Positions 25,940 through 37,266 of a DNA stretch of 64,000 nt are shown here, piece by piece; position 1 is the first letter of the stretch, and each line of letters opens with the position of its first letter. Origin of the DNA: Eledone cirrhosa (Eukaryota). The stretch covers positions 29,946,001 through 30,010,000 of the forward strand of contig OZ024745.1 of the NCBI GenBank assembly GCA_964016885.1, written 5' to 3'. The translations under genes were made by a program, and so were the position numbers. The notes below the pieces were generated by a model. The model searched no databases. It was not told the DNA's origin and was given only the letters and a program-made list of their open reading frames with translations.

Positions 25940-27901
25940 ACTTTACAGTGTGTGCTGGGTGATTTTTGTTGTGATTCCTACATGATCACTTTATGGTGTG
26001 GGCTGGGTGCTTTTAGTAGTGACACCTACATGACCACCTTACAGTGGTGGTTGGGTGCTTTTTGTTGTGACACCTACATGACCACCTTACAGTGTTGGTT
26101 GGGTGCTTTTTGTTGTGACACCTACATGACCACCTTACAGTGGTGGTTGGGTGCTTTTTGTTGTGACACCTACATGACCACCTTACAGTGTTGGTTGGGT
26201 GCTTTTTGTTGTGACACCTACATGACCACCTTACAGTGTTGGTTGGGTGCTTTTTGTTGTGACACCTACATGACCACCTTACAGTGTTGGTTGGGTGCTT
26301 TTTGTTGTGACACCTACATGACCACCTTACAGTGTTGGTTGGGTGCTTTTTGTTGTGACACCTACATGACCACCTTACAGTGTTGGTTGGGTGCTTTTTG
26401 TTGTGACACCTACATGACCACCTTACAGTGTTGGTTGGGTGCTTTTTGTTGTGACACCTACATGACCACCTTACAGTGTTGGTTGGGTGCTTTTTGTTGT
26501 GACACCTACATGACCACCTTACAGTGGTGGTTGGGTGCTTTTTGTTGTGACACCTACATGACCACCTTACAGTGTTGGTTGGGTGCTTTTTGTTGTGACA
26601 CCTACATGACCACCTTACAGTGGTGGTTGGGTGCTTTTTGTTGTGACACCTACATGACCACCTTACAGTGTTGGTTGGGTGCTTTTTGTTGTGACACCTA
26701 CATGACCACCTTACAGTGTTGGTTGGGTGCTTTTAGTAGTGACACCTACATGACCACCTTACAGTGTTGGTTGGGTGCTTTTTGTTGTGACACCTACATG
26801 ACCACCTTACAGTGGTGGTTGGGTGCTTTTTGTTGTGACACCTACATGACCACCTTACAGTGTTGGTTGGGTGCTTTTTGTTGTGACACCTACATGACCA
26901 CCTTACAGTGGTGGTTGGGTGCTTTTTGTTGTGACACCTACATGACCACCTTACAGTGTTGGTTGGGTGCTTTTTGTTGTGACACCTACATGACCACCTT
27001 ACAGTGTTGGTTGGGTGCTTTTAGTAGTGACACCTACATGACCACCTTACAGTGTTGGTTGGGTGCTTTTTGTTGTGACACCTACATGACCACCTTACAG
27101 TGTTGGTTAGGTGCTTTTTGTTGTGACACCTACATGACCACCTTACAGTGTTGGTTAGGTGCTTTTTGTTGTGACACCTACATGACCACCTTGCAGTGTT
27201 GGTTGGGTGCTTTTTGTTGTGACACCTACATGACCACCTTGCAGTGTTGGTTGGGTGCTTTTTGTTGTGACACCTACATGACCACCTTACAGTGTTGGTT
27301 GGGTGCTTTTAGTAGTGACACCTACATGACCACCTTACAGTGTTGGTTGGGTGCTTTTTGTTGTGACACCTACATGACCACCTTACAGTGTTGGTTAGGT
27401 GCTTTTTGTTGTGACACCTACATGACCACCTTACAGTGTAGGTTGGGTGCTTTTTGTTGTGACACCTACATGACCACCTTACAGTGTTGGTTGGGTACTT
27501 TTTGTTGTGACACCTACATGACCACCTTGCAGTGTTGGTTGGGTGCTTTTTGTTGTGACACCTACATGACCACCTTACAGTGTTGGTTGGGTGCTTTTAG
27601 TAGTGACACCTACATGACCACCTTACAGTGTTGGTTGGGTGCTTTTTGTTGTGACACCTACATGACCACCTTACAGTGTTGGTTAGGTGCTTTTTGTTGT
27701 GACACCTACATGACCACCTTACAGTGTAGGTTGGGTGCTTTTTGTTGTGACACCTACATGACCACCTTACAGTGTTGGTTGGGTACTTTTTGTTGTGACA
27801 CCTACATGACCACCTTGCAGTGTTGGTTGGGTGCTTTTTGTTGTGACACCTACATGACCACCTGACAGTGTTGGTTGGGGGCTTTTTGTTGTGACACCTA
27901 C
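25940..27901. repeat. 48-bp minisatellite, about 40 units, SINE-derived
   Basis: Unit GACACCTACATGACCACCTTACAGTGTTGGTTGGGTGCTTTTTGTTGT, continuous with a reverse SINE-B-like segment at 25790-25975. Confidence 0.97.
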
Positions 27902-28953
27902 ACTTACACACACACATCCAACTACATTCATGAATTTACAGACATACATGACTATACTAAGTTACTCTCTCTCATACATGTGTGCACACACACACATCCA
28001 TTTCCTTAATCAGGATGTGTCATTCATTATACATTTCAAGATAATATTCAATTAGTATATTAACCATTCCCCTACTGACTGCTTCTCTGGTTCCCGTTCT
28101 AGGGTTTATATTAATCCTTCCCCTTCTATCCATAATTAGGGCTTTCCCATCACTACTGACTGCTTCTCTGGTCCCCTTTCTAAGGTTTATATTAACCCTT
28201 CCTTTTCCTGCAATGGTGTTATTGGGAGTGGTGGACATGGTGATGGTCATGTTAAGAGTGGTGTTGGTGGTAGTGTTATTGGGAGTGATTGTTTTTCCTG
28301 ACCATGTGCGCGTGCACACACAGTGGCAGGCAGACAGAGAGAGAGTGTATCATTACCACCTTAGAAATAAAACTTCTTTGTTATTAAATGCTGATCTAAG
28401 ATCTTGTTATTTAACTCTGACAAAATTTCCTATTTTACTTAAGCGTATGTTTTGATTTTGCAGAAGCTAGTACAACACATATTAACTATAAGTAGATAAT
28501 GCTACCAATTGTTGTAGTAACATTGCCTCCCAGCATATAACAGTTACATTCTTTGATTCTACAGGTGATTACGTCCACCTTTTTCTCTCTCAAGGGGGGT
28601 ATTTCCCTCAATTCTATTCAACTATATTATACTTACATGGTAAATATGATGTATCGAAGTGTTTGGTTAGATTTGAAATTCTTAGAAGATATGGGAATCT
28701 AAAACATAGAAAATAACTGAAATCACAGTAGATTGAGATAAATAATAGCTTAGAAAATTGAGTAAAGTGCCCCCTTATAGATGGAAAAAAGTGACCATTA
28801 ACTGTGGCTAGTTATTTTCTGCATTTGGAATTCTTCCATCTTAAAGTTAATGTGTTGTAGCAGCTTTGCAAAAAGCAAAATGTATTAAATTTTAATCTTA
28901 CTACATGCTCCTTAAGCGTTCCATTGCTTATATTTTTATATTATATTTTTCAG

Positions 28954-29036
28954 TATGATCACCCGACTCAGACGTTTGGAAATTATCTAACCTATGTTCC
29001 TTTCTATCCAACTGATGACTTTGGACTTGTACCAAC
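28954..29036 (+). CDS. ARHGAP11A: ARHGAP11-like RhoGAP, coding exon 2
   Basis: Acceptor ttatatttttcag, donor AC|GTAAGT. Encodes YDHPTQTFGNYLTYVPFYPTDDFGLVP(T), the FG..L..GxVP start of a RhoGAP domain. Phase 0 to 2. Confidence 0.85.
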
Positions 29037-29646
29037 GTAAGTAACAATTAGTCATCACCATAGTCATTGTTTTTAGGTCTGTTTTACCATGTTTGCAATG
29101 GGTTAGGCAAGTTCTCTCCAGTATACCATCTCTTTACTTGCTTCTTTCCCTCTGTGAAGTATAATTTCTTGAGGTCTAAGCTTTGGGTTATCACATCTTT
29201 GAAACTAGACAAAGATCCAGTTTTAACATCCCTGACAGTATCTGGGGATAGATATGTGTGTGTATGATTTAACTGGGCCCTTATCATTATAACACCCAAT
29301 AAACTTCATAAGAAGCTAACTAAACCTAGATACATATGTGTATAGTTGGACAAGGTCCTCTATCATTAAAATACCCAAGAAACCTATGAGTTGTAGCCTC
29401 ATTGGAGGCTAACTAAACCTAGATACGTATGTGTATGTATGATTGGACAGGGTCTATTATTAAAACACCTGATAAACCTCCTATGAAATGCAACCCCATA
29501 TGAGGCCAGCTAAACCTACATTGGTGTGAGCTGTAACAACAGTAACATATGTAGGTTTATTCAAAGTTTATTGGAACTGACACACTTTTATCTCAAACTT
29601 TAAAGGTTTATCTTATTTCAATAGATTTCCTATATCTTTTTTCCAG

Positions 29647-29749
29647 ATTCCTTTTACGAGCTTTTGAATACATAGAGAAAAATGAATATTTCAAAATGGA
29701 AGGTATTTTCCGACGTTCTGGATCTCATCAGAGGCAAAAACAAGCGTTG
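29647..29749 (+). CDS. ARHGAP11A: ARHGAP11-like RhoGAP, coding exon 3 (arginine finger)
   Basis: Acceptor tttttccag, donor TTG|GTAAGT. Encodes FLLRAFEYIEKNEYFKMEGIFRRSGSHQRQKQAL, with the EGIFRxSG catalytic Arg-finger motif. Phase 2 to 0. Confidence 0.9.
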
Positions 29750-31229
29750 GTAAGTTTATTTCTCAGTTTAAGACTCATCTTCACCAGGTGATGAATTGGC
29801 AGTTGTTAGTGTTGCATTAAATGCCTTGGTATTTCTTCCAGTTCACTGTCGTCTCAGTTCAAACTCCACCGAGGTCAGGTTTGCCTTGGGGGTTGATAAA
29901 ATACAGTATCGGTCCAGGAGCAGTGAATTGGCAGAATTGTTAAAGAGTCGGATAGGAGGCTTTACATTACCTGATCCATCTTTGTGTGTTCAAATCCCAC
30001 CTCCTTCTGCCAGGAGTTGTGACTGACAGACAAAATCAGCAATGGAAAGACCAACGGAAATGTTGTTTCTCTGGTCTGATCTATCAATCAGCTCCTTTCT
30101 TCTTCCAGACACTGATAAACAGATGTCATCAACAATGAAAAAACAAATGGAAATATTGGTCTACAGCTCCTATCACCAACCATTGTACAGAGTGTACTGT
30201 GTGTATTTCCTTGTACCACCAGCACTAGGGAGGATATCATGTCCTTGACGCTTCTCAACTCTATTATTATTATTAAAACAGATTAAGGTGATTCATTCGC
30301 AGGGTTGTTAGAGCATCAAATGAATGCTTAGTTTTTGTTCTAACTATTTAGTTGGAGTTCAAATATCACCATGGTTAACTTTGCCTTTCATCCTTTTAGG
30401 GGTTGATAAAGTAAAGTACCAGTAAATAACTGGGTTTGATGTAATCGACTTTCCCTTTCCCCTCAAATTGCTGGCCTTCTGCTTATATGTATATAATAAA
30501 GGAAGGTCTGCGAGACTGCGTACGGTTTATTTCTTTTAATCCAGTTAGTAATATAAGTTTGATTACTTTGAATAAAATAATGAATGAATATTACATAATT
30601 TATCTACTAAATTTCGTAAACATATATAATTTCGTAAAAATAATTTAAAATTGACTTCTTTTCAAAGTTGCACTTCCGGTATATCATCAGCATCAGCACC
30701 ACTTCAACTACCATACATATAGAGAGAGTGTGTGATGAGAGCGATAGAGAGATTATGATTTTCTACACGCTGACGCGTATGAGTGTGCACATACATGAGT
30801 GTATGACTATATGAGTATATAACTATAATCGCACAAACACAAACTTATAAAAATACACCCTCACGGACATAATTCACACAAATACACACGCATACATTTA
30901 CACAAACACACACATAGTCATGATAACAGTGTTCGGTGAAATTGGAAATGGCAGGGTAAAAGAGGTATAACGTTTTATTTATTTATTTATTAACTCTTTA
31001 TTTATTTAACTCTTTTTTTTTAAAACTCATTTACTGTAATGGTTACAGAACGAAAACACTAACAAATATTATATATACAAAGGAAAGGGAAAGGAAAAAA
31101 AGAAAGAGAAAAAATACACAAGCAGGTAATACACACATCTTAGGCCACAGAACAATATGCAGGCGAAAGATTGGAAAAACTAGCCGCTACCAGAGCAAAA
31201 GATAGCAATATAGCGAGGAGCACTGGGAA

Positions 31230-31560
31230 ACCTCTGTAATAATTTTTGAGGCAGGCCAGCACGCTCGCAGCGTTAGCTGGGGTGATGGCGAGGCTGAGGT
31301 GCTGGAACAACCAAGTGCCCTCACGAGCATCACCAGTTACCTCTGTTTGGCGAGCCGCCAGTGAAGATAAGAATCTCGCTGTCAGTAGCCCGACTCCCTC
31401 GAACGCCACAGGCTGGATAATGTAGTTAGCTGATAGAACATGGTATTTTAGGATGTTCCGTTCAGCGATCTCTCGCCCTAACCTCTGCATCCAGAATGTG
31501 GGAAGAAGCAAAAGAGTCACTAACTGTGACGTCCCAGCTAAGGCACCTGCATCTTGACCA
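31230..31560 (-). mobile_element. CRE-clade non-LTR element, restriction-like endonuclease C-terminal relic
   Basis: KY..L..YIIQPVAFE..G..FL..L..VTGD.RE..WLFQHLSLAI..NAASVL pattern. Confidence 0.65.
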
Positions 31561-31849
31561 GGAGCACAGAGTAAGACCATCAAGTCTTTTTCCTTCAATT
31601 CAGGAAAACCCAGACGGTTCCAAAATTGAGGGGATGTTTGCTCGGGCCAAAGCTCTTGAGTGGTAATAGGACAGTGTATGTGTGCGCGCGTGTGAGTTTG
31701 TCGGCGTTCTTAAATTAGAGACACGTGTGTGTGTCACTGTTTTTAAATTAGACATACATATGTGTGTATCCCTTTCCTTCCTTTTACACGCACATACATT
31801 CACACAAACACACATACACATTGCGTGATTGACGAGTGGACAGAAGTCC

Positions 31850-32230
31850 CTCAAATTTATATACATGTGAATGGAGTTCTACTGAAGCAGTTAGAGAAGT
31901 TCAAGTACCTTGGAACCGTGTTCATGAGTGATGGAATGCAGGAGGCTGAATTAAGTGCAAGAATTGCAAAAGTTGATGCAGTAATGCGCCAGCCTCAGCA
32001 ATCAGATGAAGAGGGGTAAGTATAGAAGCCAAACTCGCTGTCTTCCTGGTATTCCTGCCAACTCTTACCGAGGATCATGAATCTTGAGTAATGACCAATA
32101 GCAAATAAGTGGCAGAAATGGGATTACTCGATAAAGTGCATAAGTCACTCCTAGTAGAGCCAGTTGAGAGATCACAACTCCGATATTATGAGCATGTGGT
32201 TAGAATGTCTCAGTAAAGAATCGCTGGACA
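31850..32230 (+). mobile_element. RTE-clade LINE fragment
   Basis: LKQLEKFKYLGTVFMSDG..ELSARIAK, then degenerate ERSQLRYYEHVVRM. Confidence 0.7.
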
Positions 32231-32239
32231 CATAATAAA

Positions 32240-32900
32240 TGATTATTGTGGGTAAAATGATATTGTGGGTAGAAGGGTAGGTAAAATAATTATTGTGGGT
32301 AAAGTGGTAGGTAAAATAATGATTGTGGGTAAAGTGGTAGGTAAAATAATTATTGTGGGTAAAGTGGTGGGTAAAATGATTATTGTGCGGAAAACTATGG
32401 GTAAAATGATTATTGTGGGTAGTGGTGGGTAAAATGGTAGGTAAAATTATAGTGAGTAATGTGGTGGGTAAAATAATTATTGTGGATAAAATGGTAGGTA
32501 AAATAATTGTGGGTAAATGGTGGGTAAAATGGTAGTGAAATAGTAGGCAAAATAATTATTGTGGGTAAAAAACACCCCCACCCAAATAAAAAACTGACCC
32601 CCCCCCCCCCAATAGAAAACGGATCACCAAATAAGAAACGGAATTCCTCCCCCAATAAAAAACGTACCCCCAAATAAAAAAAGGGACCCAAAATAAAACA
32701 CGGACCCCCCCCCCCAATAAAAAACGGATTATTGTGGGTAAATGATGGGTAAATAATTTTTGTGGGTAGTGGGGCAGATAAAATAATTATGGTGGGTAAA
32801 ATGATTATTGTGGGTAACGTGGTGGGTAAAATAATTATTGTTGGTAAAATGGTAGGAAAATAATAATTGTCGGTAATGAGGTAGGTAAAGTGGTGGGTGA
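32240..32900. repeat. Degenerate minisatellite, about 30-bp unit, with a C/A-rich insert
   Basis: GGTAAAATAATTATTGTGGGTAAAGTGGTR units, interrupted at about 32570-32725 by CCCCAATAAAAAACGG units. Confidence 0.85.
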
Positions 32901-33249
32901 AATCAAGAAAGGGAGAAAGAGGGTAGGAAGAGGTAGAAGTGAAAGAAGGGGAGGAGAAACATCAAGGGAAGGAACGATGGATAAGAGGAGGGTTAAAGAA
33001 ATAGGGAAAGAGAGGTTAAAAAATGGGGAAAAGTAGGGAAGAGGGGTAAAGAGGGATACGAAGTGTGAAAGTGTGGGAAAGAGGCGGAAAAGAGTGTAAT
33101 GAAGGAGAATCAACACCACAAGACAAGAGGTCACATAAAGTGATATGTGTTTCTTTCACAAGAAATTTGAAGCAAAAGATACCAAGTAACTTCAATAGGT
33201 CTTCATCATCGACTCCGGGAGAAACTCTAGGACCAACCACCAATAAACA

Positions 33250-33420
33250 CCCTGGGGGTCGGCAAACATGATCAACTGTCCTGTATGTCTATGATCAGAT
33301 TTCCAGTCAGATTCTTAATTGACACAGAAGTAGAAGTCAGTGTCATCTCGGCATCTGCAAACGACCTCAGTTATAAAGAGGGGAGCCAGTGGCCACAACT
33401 CACCACATAGTAAAGCACAA
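33250..33420 (+). mobile_element. Gypsy-like protease relic with possible PPT/LTR edge
   Basis: FLIDTEVEVSVI (degenerate FLIDTGAEVSVI), then AAAGAGGGGAG purine tract. Confidence 0.45.
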
Positions 33421-34894
33421 CATTCCAACCACCAGTTCTCCAGTGAGACCTTCGCATTTCCTCTGAGACTAGAAAAGTTGATGTTGATATTCTATGTAAA
33501 TTGAAGACACGGACAGAGAGAGAGAGAGAGATCCGACACTCTGGACAGGAAGGACTGGGTATAGGAGTTTGAGCGGGGCATAGGGGGTTAGGCACAACCT
33601 TGGTGATGAGAAGAAGAGAGAGGAGTGAGTTAGGTGTGTCTGAGTAGATGTAGTATGAGCCCAGTGAGTTCCGAAGAGCAGCGACTATTGTGTGAGCAGT
33701 AGAAAGAGACAGAGAACTAGGGAGAAAGAGAGGAGACAGAGGTTTAGATGGGGTGTGGCATGAAACCAGCAACCTGTAAATAAAGACTATTGTGTGAGCA
33801 GTAGAAGAGGCAGAGAAAGGCAACAAGACATGTAGGTCTGTGGCTCGAGTGGAGATGACATGAGTACAGCAACCTTCGAAGAGCAGAGCCTGTTGTAATA
33901 ATGGTGAAGGAATATATGAGGTGATATCGAAACTATATAGCAAAGAACTAAAATACTTCATTAATACTTTTAACGTAAAGACGTGATGTTGCAAATTTCT
34001 AGTATATATAAACAAGTTTAAATGAATTGATGATAAAACCATATAAAGTCAAAGAACGTTTTTTAAAGCTGAATGTGATTCTATAGTTCACAGCAAGATA
34101 TGTAAAAAAACAGTTCAGAGTTTAATCCAATTGCTAAATTCCAATCACAGTAGTTTTACAATCTCGGAGAATATATATATAATAGTGTAACAGGAATGTA
34201 ATATTCTTGTTAGTTTAACAAAACAGTTGTAAATCAATTAAATGATTTAATATGAATCTTTGTTAATTTGGTTCTTTATATATATATATAAATAGCTTAG
34301 AGTTTAGACTCAATGGGGTCATTTACAATCATTTCAGCTCTAAGAATCGCTTCTGAGCAGAATAAATTAATATTTGATGAACATTTACATGTTTTAGTTG
34401 CAATTGACTAATAAAATCGCTAGAATGAAATATCTTAATTCAACAACATAAAGTTTGCCTGTACGATCTAAAAAATAATAAATCAATACTCACAGACTCA
34501 TATGGGCAAAAAGCCTTGGTATCTAGACACGTTTAAAATTCAAAATACAAACTTTTTCTGCAGATCGGTCAGAACTTCAAACTTCAAACATGTTTCACAA
34601 AGGATGGTATAATAGTGAAATAATTAATTAATTAGTAGTGAGTTAATCAACTTTTTCTGTGTTTATCAATAGGTACCCAGATAAAATTAAATAACTTCAC
34701 CTCAGAAAAATATCTAAGGTCTGGTTAGCGTAGCGAAAATACACGAGGTTTTGCACACGGCTTATTCCAGTCCTCTAACGTCCCACACATAGTGCTAGAA
34801 ATAACAGCCGTTTATATGGGATTACAAATTCAGTTCACCTGGGGGAGCAGTGATAAATAGCTTAGAGTTTAGACTCAATGGGGTCATATTTGAA

Positions 34895-34932
<38 letters not shown>

Positions 34933-35024
34933 TCAGAGTTTCAGAAGATCCTATAATAGGATGAAAGCAGTGATTCTTTGCTTAAAATTTAATCTGTACT
35001 AATGATAAATATTTGATCAAAGGG

Positions 35025-35079
<55 letters not shown>

Positions 35080-35206
35080 CTTATCGATCCCTTTTCTTTT
35101 TTGGTCTTCGTAATTATTATTACTACACACACATATTTATTTATATATGTATGTGTGTGTTGTGTGTACACATACATATATTAAAGCTTTATTTCTTTTA
35201 TTTCAG

Positions 35207-35749
35207 GCTGATATTGAAGCTAACATGGACTTCTCCATTGCAACGTTGTTTGATATAACTGACCTTATAAAGACTTTCTTCCGTAAACTGAAAGAACCCT
35301 TACTGACCAATCTTTACCATGACAGCTTTATGAATGCTGTCCAAAATGCTGATTCCAAACTGGCTGATGGCTCCCTTTTACTGCTGTGTTTACTGCTTCC
35401 ATATGAACATCTCTACACATTGCGCTTCCTCACTTTATTTCTGGCAAAAGTTGCTTCTTATTCTGACATAAATGGTATGACTGCTAAGAACCTAGCTGTG
35501 GTACTCACCCCGAGTATAATTACCCAGTCTAAGACGAAGTACATAGGAGGGAGCAATAGTAACCCCCTTAAGGTTGCCAAATATCTTGAAAGTGAAATTA
35601 AGGTGATGGAGAAGTTGATTAATAATGCCCCTCATGTTGGGGTTGTACCAAAGATCTTTCTAGATGAAGTTCAACGAGAGATTGATCTGAATAAGAAAAA
35701 AGCCAGTTTCACCCAGGAGATAATCAAACACTTGCCCTGCATTTGTTGA
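35207..35749 (+). CDS. ARHGAP11A: ARHGAP11-like RhoGAP, terminal coding exon
   Basis: Acceptor ttttatttcag. Encodes RhoGAP motifs DLIKTFFRKLKEPLL, TLRFLTLFLAKVA and NGMTAKNLAVVLTPSII. Stop TGA ends at 35749; AATAAA at 36436-36441. Spliced CDS 849 nt = 282 aa. Confidence 0.9.
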   Translation, partial: ADIEANMDFSIATLFDITDLIKTFFRKLKEPLLTNLYHDSFMNAVQNADSKLADGSLLLLCLLLPYEHLYTLRFLTLFLAKVASYSDINGMTAKNLAVVLTPSIITQSKTKYIGGSNSNPLKVAKYLESEIKVMEKLINNAPHVGVVPKIFLDEVQREIDLNKKKASFTQEIIKHLPCIC

Positions 35750-36870
35750 AAACACTGAAGTTCTTTAAACCACTGTTGGTCTACTTCACCCAATTTCTCT
35801 CTGTGTAACAAAAAAAAAAAAATGTTGTACATATTCTGTATGAAATGATATGTAAAAAGAATGAACATTCTACTGGAGAAGGGTGTGGGATAGAGAAAAA
35901 TAGACTTCTAAGGAGGAGGTAAAAAATATGCCTGACTCTGCATGCTTTTTCTTTGATTCTATCTTCTCATACTCTATGAATGTCAGGTGAGAAGTAATTC
36001 TTCCATGACAGTTTACTGTCTGGATCAGGCACCACCTTTTTTAAAATCTACAACAGAACTATCTGGGGTAGGCTTGAATGTTTTTCCTCTTTTAGAGGTG
36101 ACCAATGTGCCAGGGACCATTATTTTTTTTTATTGAAAGGCTCAATTACCTTTGGAAAAACTTGGATTATGGGTGACCACAGTATGTTGACATGACAGTT
36201 TTAAATGAAAGAGCTTAGATCATGGAACATTGAACCATTAATGTAACAATACCAGAAGCAAGCAGCTGGATCTTGGATCAGTATAAGCTGTTGATATGAC
36301 AGTTTTGGAAGCAAGCGACTGGGTTATGAATCTTGGATCAGGGCCAACTTGAGCTGTTGACATGACAATTTTGGAAGTGTTTTTTGTCTATTTCATGTAT
36401 CGTAATTGATTAAAACACACATCATCAGTTTTTTAAATAAACATTTATGTTTGTGTCACTACCAATGTGTGTGTGTATATACGTTTTAAACATTTATTCC
36501 TCTCCCAACTCATCTAATTCTTACCAGCAGTCCCTGTTATGTTTGGGGCCAGACCTAAGTCCATTGTATGCATATATCAACTATACATAAATTGATCATG
36601 TATGCATATATAGATCATACATACATTCATGTTTACATATATTACATATCCATCAGTCATGTATGTATATGTAAATGACTTGTGTACATATATACATTGT
36701 GTATGTATCTATGTTTACATCTATGAATACATACATCATGTATCCATATATTATGTATATATACATGATGTATGCAGACATACAGCATATATACATACAT
36801 ACATACAGATATATATATGCATACACACACATATGCTTAATATAGGCATGGCTTCTACAGGACTTATATA

Positions 36871-37210
36871 TCATCATTTTCATCATCATTTCGTTTTTAA
36901 GTCCGCTTTTTCCCTGCTTGCAAGTGTGGGACGGGAACTGATTCTGGCTTGATTTCTACAGCTGGATGACCTCCCTAACACCAACCTCATTTACAGTGAG
37001 TGGTGGGTGCTTTTTTGCCGTGGCACCTCCACGACCACTTTGCAGTGGAATGATATGGACTCCAGTCCCTATCATCTCATTTCTACAGCTGGAGTAAACT
37101 GGAGCAATGTGAAATAAAGTGTCTTGCTCAAGGAAGCAACACATCACCCGGTCTGAGAATTGAACTCACAACCTTTCGATTGCCAGGCCAATGCTCTAAC
37201 CACTACGCCG
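36871..37210 (-). mobile_element. SINE family B copy, reverse orientation
   Basis: Reverse complement of 4764-5106. Confidence 0.85.
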
Positions 37211-37266
37211 TATATAAAACACACGCACGCATCAAATGAATATAGAAATGTAAACAATTTTTCAAT

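Noticed and set aside
25919-27865. 648-aa Cys/Trp-rich repeat ORF
   Set aside because: A 48-bp minisatellite continuous with a SINE segment, not a credible structural protein.
11189-27901. CRISPR-like appearance of the three arrays
   Set aside because: Units are contiguous with no unique spacers, there are no cas genes, and the context is eukaryotic.
33371-34042. 223-aa minus-strand ORF
   Set aside because: Low-complexity reverse reading of an LTR-like, AG-rich region with no recognisable domain or splice support.
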